Of a stretch of 64,000 nucleotides of DNA, positions 45,792 to 55,379 are shown piece after piece. Location of the stretch: the NCBI GenBank assembly GCA_965247115.1, contig CBDFGR010000003.1:480001-544000 (forward strand), in the 5' to 3' direction. The stretch is from Myxococcota bacterium (GTDB lineage Bacteria; Myxococcota_A; UBA9160; SZUA-336). The translations under genes were made by a program, and so were the position numbers. Within the stretch, counting starts at the first letter, position 1, and the number at the start of each line of letters is the position of its first letter. The notes beneath the pieces are model-generated. The model was not told the origin of the DNA and did not search any database. It was given only the letters and a program-made list of their open reading frames with translations.

Positions 45792-47462
45792 ATGCCGGAA
45801 TTCGTCTACACCATGGAGGACCTCGGCAAGGTCGTCCCGCCGGATCGCGTGCTGCTCGAGGGAATCACTCTGGCTTTCCTGCCAGGCGCCAAGATCGGCG
45901 TGCTCGGACACAACGGGGCAGGCAAGAGCACGCTGCTCCGCATCATGGCGGGCGACGACTCCGAGATCCTGGGCGAGGCCCGGCCCGGCGAGGGGATCCG
46001 CGTCGGCTACCTGCCCCAGGAGCCTGAGCTCGACGCCTCGAAGGACGTGCTCGGGAACGTCGAGGAGGGGGTGGCGGAGATCCGCGCCCTGCTGCAGCAG
46101 TTCGAGGACATCAGCGCCAGCTTCGCCGAGCCATTGGAAGACGACGAGATGAACAAGCTGCTCGCGCGCCAGGCGCAGGTCCAGGACGCGATCGATGCGG
46201 CTGGCGCCTGGGAGCTCGACCGCACGCTCGAGATCGCCATGGACGCCCTGCGTCTCCCGCCGGGCGACACCGCGGTCAGCACGCTCTCGGGTGGCGAAAA
46301 GCGTCGCGTCGCCCTGTGCCGGCTGCTGCTCACGAAGCCCGACCTGCTCTTGCTGGACGAGCCCACGAACCACCTGGACGCGGAATCAGTCGCATGGCTG
46401 GAGCGCTTCCTGCAGGAGTATCCGGGAACGGTCGTCGGCGTGACGCACGACCGCTACTTCCTCGACAACGTCGCGGGCTGGATCCTGGAGCTGGATCGCG
46501 GGCGCGGCATCCCGTACAAGGGCAATTACTCCAGCTGGCTCGATCAGAAGGCGCAGAGGCTGCGCGGCGAGCAGAAGCGCGAGAGTGCCAAGGCACGGAC
46601 GCTTGCGCGCGAGCTCGAGTGGATCCGCATGTCGCCGCGCGCGCGCCAGGCCAAAGGCCAGGCCCGCATCAACGCGTTCGAGAAGCTGCGCCACGAAGAG
46701 GAGCGACGCCTCCCGGAGAGCGTGGAGATCGCGATCCCCCCGGGTCCGCGCCTCGGCGAGCAGGTGATCGAGGTCCGCGGGCTGCGGAAGGCCTACGGCG
46801 ATCAGCTCCTGATCGACGATCTCTCCTTCAGCCTGCCGGCCGGTGGGATCGTCGGCGTGATCGGGGGCAACGGCGCCGGCAAAACGACGCTTTTCCGCCT
46901 CCTCGTCGGCGAGGAGAAGCCGGATGCTGGCGAGATCCAGATCGGCGAAACCGTCACGCTCGCCTACGCGGATCAGGATCGCAGCCAGCTCGACCCGGAG
47001 CGCAGCGTGTGGGAGACGATCAGCCAGGGCCAGGAACGCATCGCCCTTGGCCAGCGCGAGCTGTCGACCCGCGCATACGTGGGGTCGTTCGGGTTCAAGG
47101 GAGCGGACCAGCAGAAGCGCGTCGGCATGCTGTCGGGAGGCGAGCGCAACCGGCTGCACTTGGCGTGCGTGCTTACGAGCGGCGGCAACGTGATCCTGCT
47201 CGACGAGCCGACGAACGACCTCGACGTCGACACATTGCGCGCGCTCGAGGAGGGGGTGCTGGGCTTCGCCGGTTGCGTCGTGGTGATCTCGCACGACCGC
47301 TGGTTTCTCGACCGGATCGCGACGCACATCCTCGCGTTCGAGGGCGACAGCCACGTCGAGTTCTTCGCGGGCAACTTCGGCGAGTACGAGCTAGACCTGC
47401 GGCGACGTCACGGAGGCCGGGCAGAGCAGCCCCACCGTCTGCGCTTCAAGCGACTGCAGTAG
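45792..47462 (+). CDS. ettA: Energy-dependent translational throttle ABC-F protein
   Basis: Two ABC domains; PGAKIGVLG.NGAGKST, LSGGEKRRVAL, GNYSSWL, RQAK.ARI and SHDRWFLDR motifs. Confidence 0.95.
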   Translation: MPEFVYTMEDLGKVVPPDRVLLEGITLAFLPGAKIGVLGHNGAGKSTLLRIMAGDDSEILGEARPGEGIRVGYLPQEPELDASKDVLGNVEEGVAEIRALLQQFEDISASFAEPLEDDEMNKLLARQAQVQDAIDAAGAWELDRTLEIAMDALRLPPGDTAVSTLSGGEKRRVALCRLLLTKPDLLLLDEPTNHLDAESVAWLERFLQEYPGTVVGVTHDRYFLDNVAGWILELDRGRGIPYKGNYSSWLDQKAQRLRGEQKRESAKARTLARELEWIRMSPRARQAKGQARINAFEKLRHEEERRLPESVEIAIPPGPRLGEQVIEVRGLRKAYGDQLLIDDLSFSLPAGGIVGVIGGNGAGKTTLFRLLVGEEKPDAGEIQIGETVTLAYADQDRSQLDPERSVWETISQGQERIALGQRELSTRAYVGSFGFKGADQQKRVGMLSGGERNRLHLACVLTSGGNVILLDEPTNDLDVDTLRALEEGVLGFAGCVVVISHDRWFLDRIATHILAFEGDSHVEFFAGNFGEYELDLRRRHGGRAEQPHRLRFKRLQ

Positions 47463-47503
47463 GTGGGCCTTCGCTGCGTTTGCATTCGTTCTATACTTGG
47501 GGA

Positions 47504-48463
47504 ATGGGGCTACTCGTGGACGGTGTCTGGCGGGACGAGGATCCGCGCCGGCTCGATGAGCGGGGCGGGTTTCAGAGGCCGGACTCGAGCTTTCGGAGCT
47601 GGGTCTGCGCGGACGGGTCCAGCGACTTTCCGGCGGAGCCGGGTCGCTATCACTTGTACGTGAACCGGGGCTGCCCCTGGGCCCACCGCGCTCTTCTGTA
47701 CCGCGCGGTAAAGGGGCTCGAGGGCGTCGTCTCGCTTTCGGCGACCGCGCCTGCCGCGGGACCCAGCGGCTGGCGCTTCGCTCCCGGACCGGGCTGCATC
47801 CCGGACCCCATCTTTGGCGCCGAGCAGCTGCACCAGGTCTACACGGCCGCAAAGCCCGACTACACGGGGCGCGTCACCGTGCCTGTGCTCTGGGACCGCA
47901 AGACCGGGACGATCGTGAACAACGAATCGTCCGAGATCATCCGCATGTTCAACCACGCCTTCAACGCGTGGGGAGACGCGAAGCTCGACTTCTATCCAGG
48001 CGACCTTGCGAACGAGATCGACGCATTGAATGAGCGCATCTACAGCGACGTAAACAACGGCGTGTACCGCTGCGGATTCGCCGGCACGCAAGAGGCCTAC
48101 GAGGCGGCTTTTGAGCGGCTGTTCGCACTCCTCGACGAGCTCGAGGAGCGGCTTGGGCGCCAGCGCTACCTGCTCGGTGACCGCGTCACCGAGAGCGACT
48201 GGCGGCTCTTCTGCAGCCTGGTCCGCTTCGACGCGGCCTACTACCCTGTCTTCCGCTGCAACCTGCGGCGCATCGTCGACTACGAGAACCTGTGGGGCTA
48301 TACGCGCGACCTCTACCAGTTTCCCGGCGTCGCGGAGACCGTCAGCCTCTCGCACATCAAGCGCATTTACTGGTCAAACGCGCGGGGGCGCAGCGCGGTG
48401 GCGCTGATCCCGAAGGGTCCCGAGCTCGATTTCGGGGCGCCGCACGACCGGGGCCGACTCTGA
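47504..48463 (+). CDS. Glutathionyl-hydroquinone reductase (YqjG-like, Xi-class GST)
   Basis: MGLLVDGVW, GRYHLYV..CPWAHR, TVPVLWD, IVNNESSEI, NNGVY and RFD motifs. Confidence 0.93.
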   Translation: MGLLVDGVWRDEDPRRLDERGGFQRPDSSFRSWVCADGSSDFPAEPGRYHLYVNRGCPWAHRALLYRAVKGLEGVVSLSATAPAAGPSGWRFAPGPGCIPDPIFGAEQLHQVYTAAKPDYTGRVTVPVLWDRKTGTIVNNESSEIIRMFNHAFNAWGDAKLDFYPGDLANEIDALNERIYSDVNNGVYRCGFAGTQEAYEAAFERLFALLDELEERLGRQRYLLGDRVTESDWRLFCSLVRFDAAYYPVFRCNLRRIVDYENLWGYTRDLYQFPGVAETVSLSHIKRIYWSNARGRSAVALIPKGPELDFGAPHDRGRL

Positions 48464-49248
48464 TGGACGTACGCCTGGACTCGCGGACCGCGCTGATCAC
48501 CGGAGGCAGCCTGGGCCTCGGCCGCGCGATGGCGCTCAAGTTCGCGACGTCCGGAGCGAACCTGGCGATTCTCGCGAAACGACCGGAGCTGCTCGAAGCG
48601 GCGCGAAAGGACATTGCGGCCGCGGCTCCCGAGGTCGAGGTCCGGGCCTACTCGTGCGACGTTCGCGATCCCCGCCAGATCAACGATACCTGGGAGCGGG
48701 TCCAGGCGGATCTCGGCAAGATCGACATTCTGGTGAACAACGCGGGGACCTCGAAGACGGGACGCTTCGAGACGCTGACGGACGAGGAGTGGCAGGAGGA
48801 TCTGGACCTGAAGCTCTTCGCGGCCATTCGCTTCGCGCGGCTCGCCTTGCCGGGCATGAGGGAGCGGAGGTGGGGGAGAATCATCAACGTGCTCAACAGC
48901 GGCGCGAAAGCACCGCGCGCAGGTAGCGCGCCGACCGCGGTCTCCCGCGCCGCGGGAATGGCACTCACAAAGGTCCTGGCTGGCGAGGGCGCGCCTGACA
49001 ACGTGCTGGTCAACGCGCTGTGCACCGGCCTGCTGGTCACGGCGCAATGGACGGCCATGCACCAGCGCGCCGCGCCCGAGCTTTCCTTCGACGACTTCAT
49101 CGCGCGCACGGGAGAACGCATCCCCGTCGGTCGCATGGGAGACGCCGAGGAGTTCGCGAACCTGGCCTGCTTCCTCGCGTCGGACGCGGCGTCCTACGTC
49201 ACGGGTACCGCGATCAACGTGGACGGCGGGAGCTCTCCGGTCGTCTAG
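48463..49248 (+). CDS. SDR family oxidoreductase (atypical active site)
   Basis: TGGSLGLG and LVNNAG motifs; TxxSR instead of YxxxK; ATG overlaps the upstream TGA. Confidence 0.92.
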   Translation: MDVRLDSRTALITGGSLGLGRAMALKFATSGANLAILAKRPELLEAARKDIAAAAPEVEVRAYSCDVRDPRQINDTWERVQADLGKIDILVNNAGTSKTGRFETLTDEEWQEDLDLKLFAAIRFARLALPGMRERRWGRIINVLNSGAKAPRAGSAPTAVSRAAGMALTKVLAGEGAPDNVLVNALCTGLLVTAQWTAMHQRAAPELSFDDFIARTGERIPVGRMGDAEEFANLACFLASDAASYVTGTAINVDGGSSPVV

Positions 49249-50159
49249 CTCTTCTGCTTCGGCGCAAACTCGTTTTTGAGTCCACGCACGAGCGTCGCAG
49301 GCAGCGCGGCATCCAGCTGATCCAGCGACCACCCGTCCGTAGAGAAAACGGTTCCCTCGGGCTTCGGCTGCGTCATGCGGCTGATCTGTTCGGCGCTGAC
49401 GACGAAGTCCTGCCCGTTCACGTTCGCGGCGGCGTCACTGCAGAGCCACGCTACGAACGCCCCCACCGCAGCGGGCGTCTGCTTCTCGATCTGGGCGATG
49501 TCCACCGCGGGCTCGCCCGCCTTGCGTGAGCGCTCAGCGGCCTCGCGCAGCTCGTCGGAGAGCGTCATGCGCGTCGCGGCGCGGGGTCGGATCACGTTAC
49601 AGCGGCAGCCGTAACGGCCGAGGTCCCGGGCGACGGTGCGTGTAAAGCCCGCGATGCCCTCTTTTGCAGCTGAGTAGTTGCTCTGCCCCATGTTGCCGAG
49701 CCCCGACTCGCTGCCCGTGTTCACGACGACTCCGGAGCGCTGGTCCCGGAACACCGTCGCAGCCGCCCGGGTGCAGACAAAGGTCCCCTTGAGGTGCACG
49801 GCGATCACCCCATCCCACTCTTGTTCCGTCATGTTGTGGAGCATGCGATCACGGAGGATGCCCGCATTGTTGATCAGAATGTCCAGTCGCCCGAACTCGC
49901 GCAGCGCGAGCTGCACAAGCTCCTCGCCGGTCGCCATGTTCGACACGTCCCCGTAGTGGGGGATGGCCTTGCCACCGGCCGCCGTGACGGCATCGGCCAC
50001 CTCGTCTGCCGGCCCCTTCGCACCGCCGGTGCCGTCCGCACCACCGCCGAAGTCGTTCACGATGAGCGACGCCCCCTGGCGCGCCAGCTCGTGACACTCG
50101 GCCTGACCGATGCCCCGACCCCCGCCGGTCACGATAGCCACCCTGCCCTCAAGTCTCAT
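49245..50159 (-). CDS. SDR family oxidoreductase (3-hydroxyacyl-CoA dehydrogenase-like)
   Basis: TGGGRGIG, VND.GG..DG.G, NNAGILRD and GQSNYSAAK motifs. Confidence 0.93.
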   Translation of the reverse strand: MRLEGRVAIVTGGGRGIGQAECHELARQGASLIVNDFGGGADGTGGAKGPADEVADAVTAAGGKAIPHYGDVSNMATGEELVQLALREFGRLDILINNAGILRDRMLHNMTEQEWDGVIAVHLKGTFVCTRAAATVFRDQRSGVVVNTGSESGLGNMGQSNYSAAKEGIAGFTRTVARDLGRYGCRCNVIRPRAATRMTLSDELREAAERSRKAGEPAVDIAQIEKQTPAAVGAFVAWLCSDAAANVNGQDFVVSAEQISRMTQPKPEGTVFSTDGWSLDQLDAALPATLVRGLKNEFAPKQKS

Positions 50160-50307
50160 CGCCAGCTCCTTCGTCGCCCCTCGCTCAGTCTACCTCAGAC
50201 GCGTGGAAGGATTCGTCCGACGCCACGCTCAGAGTACGAGAGGCTCCGGGCCCCCTCGCCTCCCCGGATGGGTATACTCCGGCAGAGGTCGGCTCAGGAG
50301 AGGCGCG

Positions 50308-51633
50308 ATGGACTGGCACGAACGCTGTGGCAACAAGCTCGTCTCGCTCGACGCGGCAATTGCGGAGGTGAAGTCGGGCCTCACGGTCGCCGTCGCTCCC
50401 TACATCACCACTCCCTACACGCTGTGTACGGCGCTCTTGGACCGGGCGAAGTCGGGCAGCCTCGAGAACGTGCGGATCGATCACCCCGCCGCGCTCTTCG
50501 CCTGGACCGATCCCGATGCCCGGGGCGCCTTCGAGCTGCATGACAACTACGCGACCCCTCCGAACCGGGCCGCCTGCCACGCAGGAGAGATGGAGTACCT
50601 GCCGGTCGGGATCTGGAAGAGCTACTCCATCCCGCCGGGGTTCACCGAGCACCCGGACGTGTTCCTGGTGCCCGTCTCGCCACCCGACGACAAGGGCTTC
50701 TGCAGCTTTGGACCGGGCGTCTTTTTCTCCCGCACCACGAGCCAGAACGCCAGGATGGTGATCGCGGAGGTGCAGCCGGGCTTCATCCGGACCTACGGCG
50801 AGAACTACATTCACCTTGACGAGATCGACCTGCTCGTCGAGGGCGAGGTCCAGACGGGGGACGCGCCTGCGGAGGTGCGCAGCGAGGAGGAGATCGCCGT
50901 CGTGGAGGTGATCTGCTCGCTCGTCGCCGCCGAGCTCGTGAACGACCGGGACACGCTCCAGATGGGCGTCGGGATGGTTTCCGCGTCGCTCGGGCTCTAC
51001 CTGGACCACAAGCACGACCTCGGCGTCCAGACCGAGCTCATCACGGGCGGCATTGTCGACCTCGTGAAGAAGGGTGTCGTCACCGGGAAGTACAAGACCC
51101 TCCATCCGTACAAGGTGGTGGGCAGCGCGCTTGTCGCCCTCAGCAAGGAGGAGCTACAAGCCATCGACGGCAACCCGATCTTCGAGCTCTACGACTTCGG
51201 CTTCACGGACGACCTGCGCCGCCTCATCCTGCAGGAGAACTTCGTCGCGGTGAACAACGCCCTCGTGGTCGACCTGACCGGCCAGGTCTCCGCAGAGTCA
51301 CTCGACCACCGACCGTTCACCGGCGTGGGTGGGCAGACGGTGTTCATGATCGCCGGCGCGTACTCACCCGGCGGCAAGTCGGTGAGCGTCGTGCCGTCAA
51401 GCTCCGTCCCGAGCAGTACGGGCGAGCGTGTATCGCGCATCGTGCCCACGCTCGGGCCGGGAGCCGCCGTCACGGTACCGCGTACCTACGTGGACTACGT
51501 GGTGACCGAGTACGGCATCGCGACGCTGCGCGGCAAGACCATCAAGCAGCGCGCCCGGGAGCTGGCCGCGATCTCCCACCCCGACTTCCGCCCCGAGCTG
51601 GAGCAGCAGGCAGCCAAGCTCTACGGCGTCTGA
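50308..51633 (+). CDS. Acetyl-CoA hydrolase/4-hydroxybutyrate CoA-transferase (family I)
   Basis: SPPD..GFCSFG, TLQMGVG, LGVQTE, VDLTGQV, GVGGQ and DYVVTEYGIA.L.GK motifs. Confidence 0.9.
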   Translation: MDWHERCGNKLVSLDAAIAEVKSGLTVAVAPYITTPYTLCTALLDRAKSGSLENVRIDHPAALFAWTDPDARGAFELHDNYATPPNRAACHAGEMEYLPVGIWKSYSIPPGFTEHPDVFLVPVSPPDDKGFCSFGPGVFFSRTTSQNARMVIAEVQPGFIRTYGENYIHLDEIDLLVEGEVQTGDAPAEVRSEEEIAVVEVICSLVAAELVNDRDTLQMGVGMVSASLGLYLDHKHDLGVQTELITGGIVDLVKKGVVTGKYKTLHPYKVVGSALVALSKEELQAIDGNPIFELYDFGFTDDLRRLILQENFVAVNNALVVDLTGQVSAESLDHRPFTGVGGQTVFMIAGAYSPGGKSVSVVPSSSVPSSTGERVSRIVPTLGPGAAVTVPRTYVDYVVTEYGIATLRGKTIKQRARELAAISHPDFRPELEQQAAKLYGV

Positions 51634-51756
51634 GCTCGGGCGCCGAAGCATTCTGGACCGATCTCCGCAGCATCGTCGACGAGCCAGCAGTCCTTATCCG
51701 TTCCGTCCGCGAGCTCACGGGCTCGGTTGAGGTGCCCGGCTCGTATGCGTAGGTCG

Positions 51757-52872
51757 TCACTGCGTGATGCGAGGATAGATGAGGGACCGGTCGGCGAACC
51801 TGGGAGGCCACACGATACGTCGCGCGCCTCCTTGCCATTGCACGGTGAGTACCTCGTGCCCGACTTGAAGCCCGGTCGTCGGGTCGAGGCGGAAGTCTCC
51901 GAAGAGAGTTCGGCAATCGAGGCTCCGAGCGGCGGCCAGTTGGGCCGCGTCTTCCACTGCCCCGGCGTCCCTGAGGCAGCGTGCGGCGAGAACTCCGGCG
52001 GCGAAGGACTGCGCGGCGGGGTAGGGAGGATCGCTTCCGACGGCTGACCGGTACCGAGTCAGAAACCACGGCACATCGGGACCTTCGTCGGCCACGGACG
52101 CGGCGGTCGCGACCCATTGTGCCGGACCGAGAAGACCCTCGCGCGCGGGGCCGAGAGGCGCCAGGACTTCGTCCACTCCAGCCCCGACGAATCCCACCGC
52201 ACGCCACTCCCGTCCCTGCAGGGCCCGGGCGGCCGCGAGCTCGTCGCCAAAGGTGCCCACGACGAGGAGCACCTCCCCATCGGGAAGCTGGGAGGCGGCG
52301 CGCAGCGCCTCCCCGCTCGAGAAACCGATCGTCGTCACCCTGAAGTGGAGCCGAGCAGCATCCTCCGCGGCGCCCTTTGCTACGTCGGTGCCGAATCCGG
52401 TTCTGCCATGCATGATCACTACCTGCTGCGCCGTCGCATCGCTGCTGCGCACCGCCTCGAGAGTGCCCCGGAAGTAGGTGGACGCCGGAGCGAGGACGTT
52501 CACCGCCCGCGGAAACGCAGGCGAGCGGATGGTCGAGCTCGCACCGCCGTGGTTCCAGACAACCCGCTCGGTCGCCGCGAGCGCCCGCAACGAGGGGCGG
52601 CTTCCATACGAACCAAAGATCAGATGAGGCCGTGAGGCCAGTCCGCGTCGCATTGCGGCGGCGGGGTCCGGGTGAGCGTCGTGGACGTCGAGCCGAACGC
52701 CCCGCCAGGTGGGCGGAAGATCCGCGGCTTCAGCCGCCCAGAGGCGAAGAGCCTCGGCTCCGACGCGGCCGAAGCTCGCAAGCGGTCCGGAGAGTGGAGT
52801 TACCAACAGCGCTCGCAGCTCGCTCACGACGTGACGCCTCTCGTGCCGTCGGCGCGAATCCTGTCGAATCAA
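51757..52872 (-). CDS. Branched-chain amino acid (type 1) ABC substrate-binding-like protein
   Basis: PLSGPLASFG, G.YGS, T.FG.F..D and QWQ.G...VWP motifs; no signal peptide visible. Confidence 0.8.
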   Translation of the reverse strand: MIRQDSRRRHERRHVVSELRALLVTPLSGPLASFGRVGAEALRLWAAEAADLPPTWRGVRLDVHDAHPDPAAAMRRGLASRPHLIFGSYGSRPSLRALAATERVVWNHGGASSTIRSPAFPRAVNVLAPASTYFRGTLEAVRSSDATAQQVVIMHGRTGFGTDVAKGAAEDAARLHFRVTTIGFSSGEALRAASQLPDGEVLLVVGTFGDELAAARALQGREWRAVGFVGAGVDEVLAPLGPAREGLLGPAQWVATAASVADEGPDVPWFLTRYRSAVGSDPPYPAAQSFAAGVLAARCLRDAGAVEDAAQLAAARSLDCRTLFGDFRLDPTTGLQVGHEVLTVQWQGGARRIVWPPRFADRSLIYPRITQ

Positions 52873-54110
52873 TCCAGCGCGGCGAAGACCTGCTCGTTGT
52901 GCTCGCCAAGGAGTGGTGCGCGGCGCTGGATGCGCCAGGGGGAGCCGTGGAACACGTACGGTGCGCCGGGATAGGTGAAGCTGCGGCCGAGGTTATCGTG
53001 CTCGACCTCCACCGGGAAGCCGCGCGCCACGAAGTGGCGGTCTTCCATCACCTCTTCCGGGGAGTAGATGATACCGACAGGCAAGCCGCGCTCCTGCGAG
53101 CCTACGAAGAAGTCGTACGCCGAGATCTTCGAGGCGACGAGGTTCTGGCCCAGGCGTCCGGCGCCGAAGATCGTCCTCAGCTCCTCGTCCTCCCGAATCA
53201 TCGACAGGTCGATGCGCTCGCGCTCCTGCCCCAGCTTGAGCAGGAAGGCCTCGGGAAACTCCTCGAGCAGCCCGAGCTCCTCGATCCAGGCGTAGAGCGC
53301 GGCGAACTCTGGCGGGGCGCGCGGGGGGACGCCCGTGTTCACGTAGCGTCCATCCGCGCAGCGGATCTGGCTCTCCTGGGTCATGTGCGCCGCCGCGTGA
53401 CGACCGGTCTGACGCTGCACGGTGCTCTGGGCGACCAGCCAGTCGTAGCTCGCGGCCTCCGTCGTCACGTTTGCGGCGGCGTGCATGGAGACGTCGATGT
53501 GCTGGCCCACGCCGGTCTCGTGGCGCAGGAGCAGGGCTACCAGCGCAGACATCACCGCAAAGTGACAGCCCGTGTGGTAGCCCTGGTTCCCACCGCCGCG
53601 CACCGGCGGCAGCGAGTGGTCGTCGTAGCCACAGCTCCAGACGGGGCCGCCGCCCGCGAGAACCGTCAGGTCGGTCGCGTGGTCCTCGGAGCGCGGTCCC
53701 GCCCTGCCGAAGGGCGTGATCGAGACCATGATCAGGTCCTGCCGCAGCTTTTGGAGATCGGAGTAGTCGAGTCCGAGCTCGGCCATGCGGCCCGGAGCCT
53801 CGCACTCGATCAGCAGATCCGCACTGGCGACCAAGCGGCGAAAGCGCTCGCGTTCGGTCCCGCTCTCGAGATCGAGGCTGACACCGAGCTTGCTGGTGTT
53901 GTAGTGCCACCAGGAGAGGCTCCGCTCGGGGCCCGGCTCGTCGTCGAGAAAGGGACCACAGGCGCGCAGCGAGCTGCCCTCCGGCGGCTCGACCACGATC
54001 ACCTCCGCGCCCATGTCGCCCAGCAGCTTGCCCGCAAAGGCGCCGCACTCGCTCGAGAGCTCGATCACTCGCAGATCGGACAGAGCTCCGGGAGCGGGAT
54101 CGCTCGTCAT
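52869..54110 (-). CDS. CoA-transferase family III subunit lacking the catalytic Asp
   Basis: LRVIEL, GAEVI.VEPP.G, ITPFG..GP, GQHIDVS and APLLGEH motifs; NQGYHTG at the catalytic position. Confidence 0.9.
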   Translation of the reverse strand: MTSDPAPGALSDLRVIELSSECGAFAGKLLGDMGAEVIVVEPPEGSSLRACGPFLDDEPGPERSLSWWHYNTSKLGVSLDLESGTERERFRRLVASADLLIECEAPGRMAELGLDYSDLQKLRQDLIMVSITPFGRAGPRSEDHATDLTVLAGGGPVWSCGYDDHSLPPVRGGGNQGYHTGCHFAVMSALVALLLRHETGVGQHIDVSMHAAANVTTEAASYDWLVAQSTVQRQTGRHAAAHMTQESQIRCADGRYVNTGVPPRAPPEFAALYAWIEELGLLEEFPEAFLLKLGQERERIDLSMIREDEELRTIFGAGRLGQNLVASKISAYDFFVGSQERGLPVGIIYSPEEVMEDRHFVARGFPVEVEHDNLGRSFTYPGAPYVFHGSPWRIQRRAPLLGEHNEQVFAALD

Positions 54111-55345
54111 ATCACGCCCCCCTCGCGCAGGTCCCCGATCTCGGCGTCGGAAAGCCCGAGGATCTCGCCAAACACGCGCTCGTTGTGCTCGCCGAGGCAG
54201 GGAGCCCCGTTCTCGAGCTCCCAGTCGGTCTTCGACAGATGGACGGGCAGCCCGTCAACGCGTACCTCGCCCATGTCCCTGTGCACAACGGTGGGCCAGA
54301 GCCCCCAGGCCTCGGTGCTGGAGTCCTTGTCGATGCGCTCCTCGGGCTTCTGCACCGCGGTCGCAGGAATGCCCGCGGACTGCAAGCTAAGAGCGAGCTC
54401 GAAGGGGTCGTGCTTACAGGTGAAGTCGGCCAGGGCGCGGTCGAGCTCGTCCTCGTGCTCGAGTCGCCCTGCCAGGCTCGCGAAGCGCGCGGTGTCGAGC
54501 CACGCGGGGTCGACGCACTCCGCCAGAGTCCGCCAGTCAGCGTCGTTCCGACAGGCGATCGCGATCCAGCGATCCTCTCCGCGCGCCGGGTAGATGCCGT
54601 GCGGTGCCATGGCGGGGAACTGGCTGCGGTTGCTGTCCGGCAGACCGGGCCGACGCAGACGTCGCCCGTTCACCGTGGAGTCGAGCAGGGCCGGACCGTT
54701 GAGGGTGGCCCCCGCCTCCGTGCAGGACATGTCGACCCACTGACCCTCGCCGCTCCGGTTGCGGTTGTGCAGCGCCATGAGGATGCAGATGGCCATGTAG
54801 TAGCCACCGGTGTGATCCATGTACGAGTAGCCCCAGCCCGCGGGAGGCTGGTCGCGCAGACCCGAGCTGAACGTGAGGCCGCTAATCGCCTGGACGATCG
54901 GGCCCCAGGTCTTGAACTTGACGTAGGGCCCACTGTGCCCGAAGCCGCAGTTCGAGACGTAGATGATGTCCGACTTCAGAGCCTTGAGCTGCGCGTACCC
55001 GAAGCCGAGGCGCTCCATGACGCCCGAGGCGAAGTTCTCCGAGACGACGTCGGAGCGCTTCACGAGCTCGGCGAGCAGCTCCTTGCCCCGCTCCGTGCGC
55101 AGGTTGAGCGTGATCCCGAGCTTCTCGACGTTGTGGTTGTTGAACGAGCCGCTGAGCTCGAGGCCGCGGCGCTCGTCCTTGAAGGGTCCCATTCCGCGCA
55201 GGATGTCCCAGCGACCCTGCCGGACCGGATCCTCGATGCGAATCACCTCCGCGCCGAACGCAGCCAGGAAACGGGTCGCGCCGGCACCGGCGAGCTGACC
55301 GGTGAAGTCACAGATGCGGAGATGGGAGAGGGCCTTTGACGCCAC
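54107..55345 (-). CDS. CoA-transferase family III (CaiB/BaiF)
   Basis: GAEVIRIE, SDVVSENF, GFGHSGP, YMDHTGG (catalytic Asp) and APCLGEH motifs. Confidence 0.93.
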   Translation of the reverse strand: MASKALSHLRICDFTGQLAGAGATRFLAAFGAEVIRIEDPVRQGRWDILRGMGPFKDERRGLELSGSFNNHNVEKLGITLNLRTERGKELLAELVKRSDVVSENFASGVMERLGFGYAQLKALKSDIIYVSNCGFGHSGPYVKFKTWGPIVQAISGLTFSSGLRDQPPAGWGYSYMDHTGGYYMAICILMALHNRNRSGEGQWVDMSCTEAGATLNGPALLDSTVNGRRLRRPGLPDSNRSQFPAMAPHGIYPARGEDRWIAIACRNDADWRTLAECVDPAWLDTARFASLAGRLEHEDELDRALADFTCKHDPFELALSLQSAGIPATAVQKPEERIDKDSSTEAWGLWPTVVHRDMGEVRVDGLPVHLSKTDWELENGAPCLGEHNERVFGEILGLSDAEIGDLREGGVI

Positions 55346-55379
55346 GTCAGCCTCCGGAAGGGAGGCCAGCCTACCAGAC

